A DNA stretch of 39,899 bases, taken from assembly GCA_031271375.1 (NCBI GenBank), contig JAISVU010000027.1, positions 1-39,899 of the forward strand, given 5' to 3'. Source of the stretch: Clostridiales bacterium. Its GTDB lineage: Bacteria > Bacillota > Clostridia > Lachnospirales > WRAX01. Below the pieces are notes generated by a model. The model made no database searches and had not been told where the DNA came from. It worked only from the letters and a program-made list of their open reading frames with translations. The stretch's first letter is position 1. Every line of letters starts with the position of its first letter. Shown piece after piece: positions 8,890 through 17,159 of the stretch. Both the position numbers and the translations under genes were made by a program.

Positions 8890-9408
8890 TTATTTCAGCG
8901 TGAAAAGTTTAATATAGTTCTTATACCACGGATACCGCTCGCCCTGGCTCCATATTTTTAAGCGGATATAGTCGTCGAACCAGACGATAAACGGGGTGAA
9001 GAGGAACCACAGCGCAGCGAAAGGAAGGCATATCTGCCCCATGAAGTTCATCGGTATATTGCTGTAGTTCCACACATTAAGCTTCAGCACCACATTAAGC
9101 ACAAAGCCCGCGATAAACTCCACAACCACTAATGAAGCCATGCCATAAAGGGATTGGAGGATCATCTTCTTCTTCATAAACTTGGGGTTCTCATTCATCA
9201 CACCTACGAGGACGCCCCCAAGACCGCCGATGGGCATCATCGTAATATTCGCCCAGCCGCCGTTGCTGCAAATATGCCATACTCCCTCTATCAGATAGTA
9301 CGCCGCGCCGGTTATCAGCCACAGCCAAAAGGCCCTAAGCACCCAGTTTCCCTGACCGTCGGGCCTTGTGAGCGATTCCTTTAACGTTTTTACCGATATC
9401 TTAGCCAT
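8890..9408 (-). CDS. Polytopic membrane protein (possibly CmpB-like 'putative ABC-transporter type IV' family)
   Basis: 172 aa with four hydrophobic helices and the motif LNVWNYS..P.N..G.ICL.F...W. The family assignment is tentative. Confidence 0.6.
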   Translation of the reverse strand: MAKISVKTLKESLTRPDGQGNWVLRAFWLWLITGAAYYLIEGVWHICSNGGWANITMMPIGGLGGVLVGVMNENPKFMKKKMILQSLYGMASLVVVEFIAGFVLNVVLKLNVWNYSNIPMNFMGQICLPFAALWFLFTPFIVWFDDYIRLKIWSQGERYPWYKNYIKLFTLK

Positions 9409-9485
9409 AAATACCCTCCACTTGTTTTAGTAGAAGATATGATACAGGCCATCGGATTATGTTATTCCCATGAAAAATCCATTTC

Positions 9486-9866
9486 TTACTTTGACATCGC
9501 CGCCATCATCAAAAGACCAGGCATCAGGCCCGAAATTTGCCTGTGGCTGCTGAGGCACTGGCGATCCATCTCGTACACGCCGTCCCCGTGGATGATATTA
9601 TTGTCCTCCGCGCTGGCGGTGACGGAGGCAGACAGCGCCGGCCCCGAATTCTCCGACGAGAGGCGGCGCATAGCGTCGAAGAGCATAAGCATGTCGGCCG
9701 CTTTGTCAATGCTCTCCTGCTGGCGCTCGGGCATAAAGGGTTTAAGCGAGTACAGCAGCGTCACCTCTCTCGAGGGGTTCTCGCGCAGCTCGTTCATATA
9801 TACGTGTACGGCTGTGTTTACCTTATCAAAGTACGACTCGTACATGGTCTTGATTTGCTCAGACAT
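9486..9866 (-). CDS. Hypothetical protein downstream of the S8 protease
   Basis: 126 aa with RBS GGAGGAAC. No family recognised. Probably co-transcribed with the protease (24-nt gap). Confidence 0.5.
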   Translation of the reverse strand: MSEQIKTMYESYFDKVNTAVHVYMNELRENPSREVTLLYSLKPFMPERQQESIDKAADMLMLFDAMRRLSSENSGPALSASVTASAEDNNIIHGDGVYEMDRQCLSSHRQISGLMPGLLMMAAMSK

Positions 9867-9890
9867 GTCGGTTCCTCCTACTCAATGTCG

Positions 9891-11093
9891 CTAATACTTT
9901 ATTCTATGGTTTATCCGCTGCGAAAGCAGCCCTTTTACGTCCAGCGCGCCCCATCCCTGATGATTCCTGGGATAGCGCAGGCTTACCGCGCTTCTCTTGA
10001 GCAAATACTTTATATCGTTCGGCGTAAGAAACGGGTATTTTTCCAGCATCAGCGCCACCGCCCCGGACACCATAGGCGTTGACATAGACGTGCCGCTCAT
10101 CCGCGCGTAATCCTTTGAGATTATCTTGAGTTCCTTCCGTTCGCCTTCCAGATTGGGGGTCTGGCACAGGCACGAGGCCACATTAGTCCCCGGGGCGAGG
10201 ATATCGGGCTTAACGACGCATTCCAGCGTCGGCCCCCTGCCTGAGAAATTAACCAGGCGGCTGCCCCAGATCTCCACCGAGTTGTTATCGTCCGATGAAC
10301 CCACGGTAATGACCTTTCGGCTGACCCCGGGCGACGTTACGGAACCGGGGTCGGGGCCGTTGTTCCCTGCGGCGACGCAGACCACGATACCCCGGTCCCA
10401 CGCGGCTTCCACAGCCCTGACTAATGGCGCGTCGCTGCCCATATCCGACGTGCCTACCGATAAATTGGCGACACGGATATTATATTTCTGCCTGTTGGCT
10501 ATAACCCACTGGATACCCGCCATCACGTCCGAGGTATCGCCGCTTCCGCCGCTGTCAAGGATTTTAACCCCGATGATAGAGCTTCCCGGGGCAACGCCCG
10601 CGTATTTGCCGCCCCCGCTAAGGCCGTTGCCTGCGGCGATGCCCGCGACATGCGTTCCATGCGCGTTATCGTCGTAAGGCTCGCTTTTCCCTGCGATAAA
10701 GTCAACAAAAGCCGCGATCCTGTTTACCGGCTCGCAGAGATCCCTTACCTTTCCAACGCCGGTGTCCAGCACCGCTATGCCAATGCCCTTGCCTGTCGGA
10801 GCCGAGGGCTTCGCGTATTGGGCTTCCACCGCCCCGCCATGCCCAGGGACGTTGATTGTATTTCTCACCGCGTCCATCTGCGCCGTTATGCGCGCCGCGC
10901 TGTGGATAGCCTTTATCCCGTCCAGCCGCTGTACTTTGGGATAATCCTCCTCCCTTACCTCCACCACGTAATAACCGATGTCCGGCAGGCGGTATTTTAC
11001 CCGGCACAGCTTTGAGATAACCGTCTCGGAAGCCTGCCCTATATCACATTCCACAATGAGCTTAACAAGGTTTTCCACCGTTAATGACCCCAA
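9891..11093 (-). CDS. S8-family subtilisin-like serine peptidase with N-terminal propeptide
   Basis: Catalytic triad contexts AVLDTGV (Asp), HGTHVAGIAAG (His) and GTSMSTPMVSG (Ser). The only in-frame start covering the propeptide is TTG at 11093. Confidence 0.88.
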   Translation of the reverse strand: MGSLTVENLVKLIVECDIGQASETVISKLCRVKYRLPDIGYYVVEVREEDYPKVQRLDGIKAIHSAARITAQMDAVRNTINVPGHGGAVEAQYAKPSAPTGKGIGIAVLDTGVGKVRDLCEPVNRIAAFVDFIAGKSEPYDDNAHGTHVAGIAAGNGLSGGGKYAGVAPGSSIIGVKILDSGGSGDTSDVMAGIQWVIANRQKYNIRVANLSVGTSDMGSDAPLVRAVEAAWDRGIVVCVAAGNNGPDPGSVTSPGVSRKVITVGSSDDNNSVEIWGSRLVNFSGRGPTLECVVKPDILAPGTNVASCLCQTPNLEGERKELKIISKDYARMSGTSMSTPMVSGAVALMLEKYPFLTPNDIKYLLKRSAVSLRYPRNHQGWGALDVKGLLSQRINHRIKY

Positions 11094-11171
11094 TAATCCT
11101 TTGCTTAGTGACCATTTTATTCCGGCTAAAGTCCCAATGATACAGGGGGAAGGTTGGCATATGAAAAGAAT

Positions 11172-12461
11172 CTATATTAGCTCTACTTTAACCACCGTAT
11201 CCGCCCTGTCCGGCAGGACGGGATCTGGCCCGAGATCCGCCATTACCACGCCTTCGGCCTGCTTCGTGTACCACTCGGAAGCCGTCAATATCTCCGCTCC
11301 GCTGTCCAGGAAGCTGATGGATTTAATGTTTTGAATGTCTATGCCGATGAGCGGCAGCGGGCCGACCGTGTTTTCCGTGACGTGGTAATACAGCGTATTG
11401 CCCCTTTTTGTTATCCTGCCGAACTCGGGCTTATCCATTCCGGAAGGCCCGCATCCGTATATGCTCTCGCCGTTCTTACTCATCCACCGGCTTATGTCCC
11501 GCAGTATTTGAACTGAAGCCTCCGGAATCGCGCCGTTGGCGTCCGGCCCTACGTTCAACAGCATATTCCCGCCTTTGGACACGCACTCCACCAGCTTGCG
11601 GATAAGCATGTCGGCGGGCTTCCAATAATTATCCGTTGAGTTATATCCCCAGTTGTTATTCATCGTGACGCAGGCCTCCCAGGCCGCCGGGCGGCCGTTT
11701 TCGTCCCTTAGGCCGTTGGGCGGGATAACCTGCTCCGGCGAGGCATAATCGCCCGAATAAACCGTCTTCCGTTCAGGCGCGTATAAGGCGGAGCCGTATT
11801 CCAGGCGGTCGTCGATGATAATATCCGGCTGGAGACGTCTTACCATCCGCATTAAATCCGAGGCCCGCCAGGCTTCCCCGGTCAGATGGTCATAAGAGAA
11901 ATCAAACCACATCAAGTCTATTTTGCCGTAATCCGTACACAGTTCCTTGACTTGATTGTGCATATACTCCAGGTAATTGCCAAAGCTCCTATCTTCGTCC
12001 TTATGCTCCGGGTTCCCCCGCATAGGATGGATGTTGTCCGTAAAATGCGGGTAATCCGGGTGCCGCCAGTCCAGCAGCGAATAATAAAGCCCCGTCCGAA
12101 TACCTTCCGCCCTGAACGCGTCTATGTATTCCCGTACAATGTCTCGGCCCATGGGAGTATTGGTTGACTTGTAATCCGTGTACTTGGAATCGAACAGGCA
12201 AAAGCCGTCGTGATGCTTCGCCGTAAGCACGGCGTACTTCATCCCCGCTTCCTTCGCGAGCTTCGCCCATTCCGCCGGGTCAAAGCGGCTGGGGTTAAAA
12301 GCGCCGAAATACTTCTGATAATCCGAAAGGCTGATCCGCTCCTTGCTGCGCACCCATTCCCCGCGCGCCGGAATCGCATACAGGCCCCAGTGTATAAACA
12401 TCCCGAAGCGGTCCCGGTTGAACCATTCCATGCGCTTTTCATATGTTTTCGCGTCAAACAT
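11172..12461 (-). CDS. Alpha-L-fucosidase, GH29
   Basis: RFGMFIHWGLYAIPA, KHHDGFCLFDS and the overall length are typical of GH29. ATG 12461 is preceded by CAGGGGGG. Confidence 0.9.
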   Translation of the reverse strand: MFDAKTYEKRMEWFNRDRFGMFIHWGLYAIPARGEWVRSKERISLSDYQKYFGAFNPSRFDPAEWAKLAKEAGMKYAVLTAKHHDGFCLFDSKYTDYKSTNTPMGRDIVREYIDAFRAEGIRTGLYYSLLDWRHPDYPHFTDNIHPMRGNPEHKDEDRSFGNYLEYMHNQVKELCTDYGKIDLMWFDFSYDHLTGEAWRASDLMRMVRRLQPDIIIDDRLEYGSALYAPERKTVYSGDYASPEQVIPPNGLRDENGRPAAWEACVTMNNNWGYNSTDNYWKPADMLIRKLVECVSKGGNMLLNVGPDANGAIPEASVQILRDISRWMSKNGESIYGCGPSGMDKPEFGRITKRGNTLYYHVTENTVGPLPLIGIDIQNIKSISFLDSGAEILTASEWYTKQAEGVVMADLGPDPVLPDRADTVVKVELI

Positions 12462-12565
12462 ACGATCCCCCCTGTTCTTGATATGTCCTATTATATCTGG
12501 ATTATGCCGTTGATTCAAGAATTTAGTTACCGCATAAATTGTTGTCTTCAATAATAGATATTAAC

Positions 12566-13279
12566 ATGAATGACATCTTTTTAACCTTTGATATCGACTG
12601 GGCTTGCGACGCCGTTATAGAACACACATTGGATATCCTTGAGGAACGGGATATCGGCGCAACGTTCTTCGCGACCCATCAAACCCCGGTTCTTGAGCGC
12701 ATCCGCGCTAATAAGTTTATGGAGCTGGGGATACATCCCAATTTCAATAAAACCCTTTCCGGCGAGGAACGTAAACCGTACCGGCAGATACTGGACGAGA
12801 TACTGAAAATCGTTCCTGAGGCGGTTTGCGAACGCGCCCACGCCCTGACTCATAACAGTTTGATCGCCGCAGAGCTGAACCGGCGGGGCATACTGTATGA
12901 CTCCAATATGTACATTCCGTTATCGGCGCGTATGCCTATCGCGCCGTTTTACGCTCCCTCGGGGACGCTGACCGTCCCGTTCTTTTTCGCGGACGACATC
13001 TATTTCTTTCATCAGAAAGAGCGGCCCCCTGTTGAGGCGTATTTCGCAGGAGACGGGCTGAAGGTGTTCGACTTTCATCCGATACATATATTTCTAAACG
13101 CCGTCTCTGCCGATACATATCAGCAGTCGAAGGCTGTTTCAACCGATATAGACGCATTGAAACGGCTAAAGAACGGCGTAATATACGGAGCGTCGGATTT
13201 TCTTTATGATGTTATAAGCTATGGCAAAAGGAACCTGTATCAATTCCATAAAATGAGCGAAATAAGGAGCGAATATTGA
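12566..13279 (+). CDS. Polysaccharide deacetylase-like protein (WbmS-like)
   Basis: IFLTFDIDWA...ATFFATH...ELGIHPNF resembles the NodB-like/WbmS fold motifs. Confidence 0.6.
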   Translation: MNDIFLTFDIDWACDAVIEHTLDILEERDIGATFFATHQTPVLERIRANKFMELGIHPNFNKTLSGEERKPYRQILDEILKIVPEAVCERAHALTHNSLIAAELNRRGILYDSNMYIPLSARMPIAPFYAPSGTLTVPFFFADDIYFFHQKERPPVEAYFAGDGLKVFDFHPIHIFLNAVSADTYQQSKAVSTDIDALKRLKNGVIYGASDFLYDVISYGKRNLYQFHKMSEIRSEY

Positions 13280-14176
13280 ATGAAACTGAGTGATTTTATT
13301 ATTGACAGCATTGAACTGATAAGCGACGGCACGTTCGAAGCCCTGGATTTGTGCGAATCAACGCTGCCAATGAACACCCTAATCTTTGTTGAGCATGAAA
13401 AATATATCCCTCTTATCAAAGCAAACCCGCATATCACATGCGTTATCGCGGTTAAAGAACTGGCGGGCAAAATGCCGGACAGCGTTTTAGGGATATGTGT
13501 AAGCTCTTCGCCGAAGGTTGATTTCTTCCTTCTGCATAACAGATTGTGCAGCGAAGCAGGATACACTAGGGCAAGAACCCGCACGCGGATAGGGGCGGAC
13601 TGCCAGATATCCCCGATGGCGCATATCGCGAAGGAGAATGTCGTCATCGGCAATAACGTGTATATCGAAGAATTTGTCAGCGTTAAGGAGAACACGCGTA
13701 TCGGGGACAATGTTTCAATCCGCTCGGGCTGTATGATAGGTACTGACGGGTTTGAATTCAAGAAGACGGTATCGGGCACAGTTTTTATCAAGCACGCCGG
13801 AGGGACGGTTATCGAAGACAACGTGCACATACTCAATAACTGCTGCGTCTGCAAAGCCGTTTTTCCCTGGGACGATACGGTGGTCGGCGAATCAACGGTG
13901 ATAGATAACCTGGTTCACGTAGCCCATTCCTGCAAGGTGGGCAAGCGCAACATCCTGACTGCGGGAGTGATCTTCAGCGGTTCCGCCGTCACCGGCGACG
14001 ACGTGTATATCGGCCCCAACGCCGTTATCGCTAAGGTTGAGATGGGCGTGGCTTCCCGGGCGTCAATCGGTTCCGTCGTGACAAAGGGGGTAAACCCGGG
14101 CTCCGTCGTGAGCGGGAACTTCGCCATAGAGCATTCAAAACTCTTGCGGCATGTTAAGGAATTGGCTAATTCATAA
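13280..14176 (+). CDS. Left-handed beta-helix (hexapeptide-repeat) acyl/acetyltransferase, LpxD-like
   Basis: Tandem hexapeptide repeats (IGNNVYIEEFVSVKENTRIGDNVSIRSGCMIG...). Its start abuts the upstream stop. Confidence 0.75.
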   Translation: MKLSDFIIDSIELISDGTFEALDLCESTLPMNTLIFVEHEKYIPLIKANPHITCVIAVKELAGKMPDSVLGICVSSSPKVDFFLLHNRLCSEAGYTRARTRTRIGADCQISPMAHIAKENVVIGNNVYIEEFVSVKENTRIGDNVSIRSGCMIGTDGFEFKKTVSGTVFIKHAGGTVIEDNVHILNNCCVCKAVFPWDDTVVGESTVIDNLVHVAHSCKVGKRNILTAGVIFSGSAVTGDDVYIGPNAVIAKVEMGVASRASIGSVVTKGVNPGSVVSGNFAIEHSKLLRHVKELANS

Positions 14177-14238
14177 AACAAGATTTCAAGCCTTTTTCGT
14201 GCTTTTCGCGGCTTTCGTGGTCAAGAATTTATTCTTTC

Positions 14239-14267
14239 TTGACTGCTTTATTATGATGTGATAAACT
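14239..14267 (+). promoter_or_regulatory. Candidate promoter for the SDR gene
   Basis: TTGACT, 17 nt, TAAACT with a TGn extended -10. Confidence 0.35.
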
Positions 14268-14288
14268 GCTTTAAACAGGGGTGATTGT

Positions 14289-15284
14289 ATGAAAGCCTTA
14301 TTCATCGGCGGCACAGGCACGATAAGCACAGAGATTTCCAAGCTGGCGGCTTCCCTCGGGGTCGAGCTGTATTTGCTTAACAGGGGCAATAGGAACACGC
14401 GATTAGACGGTGTTCCGGGCATTAACTACATACGCGGCGATATCGAAAGCAAAGAAACCCAGGCATTGCTCAAATCGCAAAAGTTCGACGTCGTTGCGGA
14501 CTTTATCGTCTTCACACGCGAGCAGATTGAGCGTGATATCGAGCTGTTTTCCGGGAACGCGGGGCAGTATATCTTTATCAGCTCGGCTTCGGCTTATCAG
14601 AAGCCGCTGTCGCATTACCTGATAACCGAAAGCACTCCCCTTGCGAATCCTTACTGGGAGTATTCGCGCAATAAGATAGCCTGCGAGGAAGCGCTTATTG
14701 AGGCATACCGCAGAAACGGCTTCCCGATGACCGTCGTAAGGCCCAGTCACACATATGACAAACATACCCTTCCCCTGGCCATTCACGGTAAGAACGGGGT
14801 GTGGTCGGTAATCAAACGCGTTATCGACGGCAAGCCGGTAATCGTCCACGGCGACGGCAGCTCACTATGGACCGTCACCCACAGCAGAGACTTCGCAAAG
14901 GCTTTCACCGGCCTTATGGGGAATATCCACGCCATAGGCGAGGCGGTGCACATCATGTCCGACGAGTCTCTTACCTGGGATCAAATCTATTACATAATCG
15001 GCGGCGCGCTGGGCGTTAAGCCCGATATTCGCCATATTTCGACGGATTGCCTCGTCAGGCATGACCCGGAGCTTCTGGGCGGCCTCACCGGGGATAAATC
15101 CAATACCGTCGTTTTCGATACTTCCAAGATAAAACGCCTGGTCCCCGGCTTTACCGCGACGATACGCTTTGATCAGGGCGCTAGGGAATCCATTTCATAT
15201 TTCCTGGAAAATCCCGCGGTGCAGGCTGCCGATCCGGAGTTTGACGCGTGGACGGATAAAGTTATACTTGACGTGTGCGGATGA
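14289..15284 (+). CDS. NAD-dependent epimerase/dehydratase family (extended SDR) protein
   Basis: N-terminal Rossmann motif FIGGTGTIS plus YSRNK (YxxxK) catalytic motif. Confidence 0.85.
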   Translation: MKALFIGGTGTISTEISKLAASLGVELYLLNRGNRNTRLDGVPGINYIRGDIESKETQALLKSQKFDVVADFIVFTREQIERDIELFSGNAGQYIFISSASAYQKPLSHYLITESTPLANPYWEYSRNKIACEEALIEAYRRNGFPMTVVRPSHTYDKHTLPLAIHGKNGVWSVIKRVIDGKPVIVHGDGSSLWTVTHSRDFAKAFTGLMGNIHAIGEAVHIMSDESLTWDQIYYIIGGALGVKPDIRHISTDCLVRHDPELLGGLTGDKSNTVVFDTSKIKRLVPGFTATIRFDQGARESISYFLENPAVQAADPEFDAWTDKVILDVCG

Positions 15285-15296
15285 TAGGGTTATAAT
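15268..15296 (+). promoter_or_regulatory. Strong sigma-A-type promoter at the end of the SDR gene, pointing into an intergenic region
   Basis: TTGACG (15268-15273), exactly 17 nt, TATAAT (15291-15296). Confidence 0.5.
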
Positions 15297-15302
15297 GGTG
15301 AT

Positions 15303-15455
15303 ATAGTAAAAGAGAGAACGCTGAATGAGCCGTTCTCCCGGTGAAACTGCGTGTCGCCGCAATAAAGGCGGCGGCTTGCCCAGTTAAATCTAGTGTTGCT
15401 TGGTCGAAATAACCGCACGAAACCTCTGTCAAAAGGGCGCGGTTATTTCTTTTTG
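15303..15455 (+). ncRNA. Candidate ~150-nt antisense sRNA (putative type I antitoxin)
   Basis: Bounded by the 15268-15296 promoter and the 15407-15455 terminator. It contains internal hairpins (GAGAACG..CGTTCTC at 15314-15338; CGCCGC..GCGGCG about 15353-15373) and no plausible ORF. It is convergent with, and overlaps, the 3' end of the small peptide gene. The ends are predicted only. Confidence 0.35.
15407..15455. terminator. Terminator hairpin shared by convergent transcripts (better T-tract on + strand)
   Basis: AAATAACCGC...GCGGTTATTT 10-bp stem followed by CTTTTTG on the + strand. It overlaps the stop codon of the minus-strand peptide gene. Confidence 0.55.
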
Positions 15456-15547
15456 CTGTTTCGGCCGATCATGTACAGCAGCGTCCCAAGCAGAATCGTA
15501 AACGATAACGCCGAAAACACCGCGTCCAGTATTTCATATGCCGTCAT
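15443..15547 (-). CDS. 34-aa hydrophobic peptide, holin-like type I toxin candidate (below the ORF-track length cutoff)
   Basis: My translation is MTAYEILDAVFSALSFTILLGTLLYMIGRNSKKK*. RBS AAGGGGTGA lies 4 nt upstream of the ATG. It has a single TM helix and a Lys-rich tail, as in Hol-Tox/type I toxins of Bacillota. Confidence 0.5.
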   Translation of the reverse strand: MTAYEILDAVFSALSFTILLGTLLYMIGRNSKKK

Positions 15548-15610
15548 ACAATCACCCCTTTTCGGGGGCTAAAAACCTAACCGTCCCTTATGCGCTAGAC
15601 ACGTACAGCT

Positions 15611-15639
15611 ATATTACACCATTCTTGTTAATATGTCAA
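15611..15639 (-). promoter_or_regulatory. Promoter for the small peptide gene
   Basis: On the minus strand: TTGACA (15639-15634), 17 nt, TAATAT (15616-15611). The -35 overlaps the asd stop codon. Confidence 0.5.
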
Positions 15640-16709
15640 ATTATTCCTTCCTTCACCAGCAGCTCCGCCAAGAGAATAGCGCCGCCGGCCGCGCCCCTCA
15701 GCGTATTATGGAACAGGCAGACGAACTTATAATCAAACACCGTATCGGGCCTAAGCCTGCCGACGGAGACGGCCATGCCGCCTTCCAGCCCTCTGTCGGG
15801 CCGGGTTTGGGGCTGGTTGTCCTCGTCAAAGTAATGCAAAAATTGTTTTGGGGCTGACGGAAGGCCCAGTATCTGAGGCTTCCCGGCAAATGAGTTCCAC
15901 CTGTCAATTATCTCATCCTTAGGAGGTTTGTGCGCAAATGAACAGAAAACCGCCGCAAGATGGCCATCGCTGACCGGCACCCGTATACACTGCGTTGTTA
16001 TCACGGGCTTTTCCGCCGGGACGACGCCGCCGTTTATCACTGAGCCCCAGACCTTCAGCGGCTCCCGCTCAGACTTTTCCTCTTCGCCCGGTATAAACGG
16101 AATCACATTGTCCCGCATCTCCGGCCAGGTTTCCAAATTCTTGCCCGCGCCGGAGACCGCCTGGTATGTGCAGGCCAGAACCCGCTCAAGCCCATACTCC
16201 CGCAACGGATGAAGGGCCGGTACATAGCTCTGGATGGAGCAGTTGGATTTTACCGCGATAAAGCCTCGGGATGTGCCAAGCCTGCGCCGCTGGGTTTCGA
16301 TAACGGCTAGATGCCCGGGATTAAGCTCGGGGATTATCATCGGCACGTCAGCCGCGGCGCGGTGGGCGCTGTTGTTGGATACGACGGGGCACTCGCGCCT
16401 TGCATAGGCCTCTTCAAGCCGGAAAATCTCTTCCTTTTTCATATCCACGGCAGAGAAGACAAAGTCCGCCGTATCCGCAACCTTCTCCACGTCGGACGCA
16501 TCCTGCACAATGATGTTCTTAACGCCCTCGGGTACTGGCTTCTCCATTGCCCAGCGCCCCGCGACGGCTTCCTGGTATGTCTTCCCCGCCGATCTGGGGC
16601 TTGCGGCTATCGCTGTCACCGTAAACCACGGATGCCCCTCAAGGCACGATATAAAACGTTGGCCTACCATACCGGTGCCGCCCAGGACGCCTACATTAAA
16701 TTTCGTCAT
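15636..16709 (-). CDS. asd: Aspartate-semialdehyde dehydrogenase
   Basis: GGTGMVGQRF Rossmann motif, active-site SNCSIQ, length 357 aa. Confidence 0.9.
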   Translation of the reverse strand: MTKFNVGVLGGTGMVGQRFISCLEGHPWFTVTAIAASPRSAGKTYQEAVAGRWAMEKPVPEGVKNIIVQDASDVEKVADTADFVFSAVDMKKEEIFRLEEAYARRECPVVSNNSAHRAAADVPMIIPELNPGHLAVIETQRRRLGTSRGFIAVKSNCSIQSYVPALHPLREYGLERVLACTYQAVSGAGKNLETWPEMRDNVIPFIPGEEEKSEREPLKVWGSVINGGVVPAEKPVITTQCIRVPVSDGHLAAVFCSFAHKPPKDEIIDRWNSFAGKPQILGLPSAPKQFLHYFDEDNQPQTRPDRGLEGGMAVSVGRLRPDTVFDYKFVCLFHNTLRGAAGGAILLAELLVKEGII

Positions 16710-16752
16710 TCAGTCCTCCGGTTCCACATAAACCTTCACTATCTCATCGCCT

Positions 16753-17022
16753 TTAAATGAAATGCCTGCCATACTCATCCCGGTAGAATGTTAGGCCGTT
16801 TACACTCCTATTCTTATGCGAAACCTTTCCGATTTCTTCGCGAAACAAGCCGTCTTTTCCGCCATAGCAATCCCCGCCGATATAAAAGCCATCCACGCAG
16901 CGCCGCACGGAATGTTCGCAATAAAATGGCAGCGGCTTCGGAAACCTCAGCGGAGGCATATCCTTGCCGTCCGGCGATTTTTGGGTCTCCGGCGTGTGCC
17001 CGATTTCGGTGATTATTGACAT
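16753..17022 (-). CDS. Hypothetical 89-aa protein between thrC and asd
   Basis: RBS GGGAGG lies 7 nt upstream of the ATG. No family recognised. Three other frames overlap here, so the coding call is tentative. Confidence 0.4.
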   Translation of the reverse strand: MSIITEIGHTPETQKSPDGKDMPPLRFPKPLPFYCEHSVRRCVDGFYIGGDCYGGKDGLFREEIGKVSHKNRSVNGLTFYRDEYGRHFI

Positions 17023-17159
17023 AACGCAGCCTCCCGTTCAGAAAATAATCTAAATTCAACAGCCGAATTGCGGTTATAATCTTATTGGTTTTTCAAAGTC
17101 GTACAGCTGCATTCTAGTCATATAATCGGTAAGATAGCCTGAGACACCGTTATTCGCGG

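Noticed and set aside
9537-10082. 181-aa plus-strand ORF spanning the junction of the hypothetical gene and the S8 protease gene
   Set aside because: It is antisense to two minus-strand genes, one of which (S8) is certain. The translation is Arg/His/Leu-rich without motifs.
13240-13854. 204-aa minus-strand ORF overlapping the hexapeptide acyltransferase gene
   Set aside because: The plus-strand frame shows clear tandem hexapeptide repeats and is translationally abutted to the upstream gene. The minus-strand product has no motif.
16710-17159. Possible lysine riboswitch upstream of asd, in the 450-nt thrC-asd gap
   Set aside because: The minus-strand sequence lacks L-box core motifs. The gap is better explained by an 89-codon ORF with a well-placed GGGAGG RBS, although that ORF's function is unknown.
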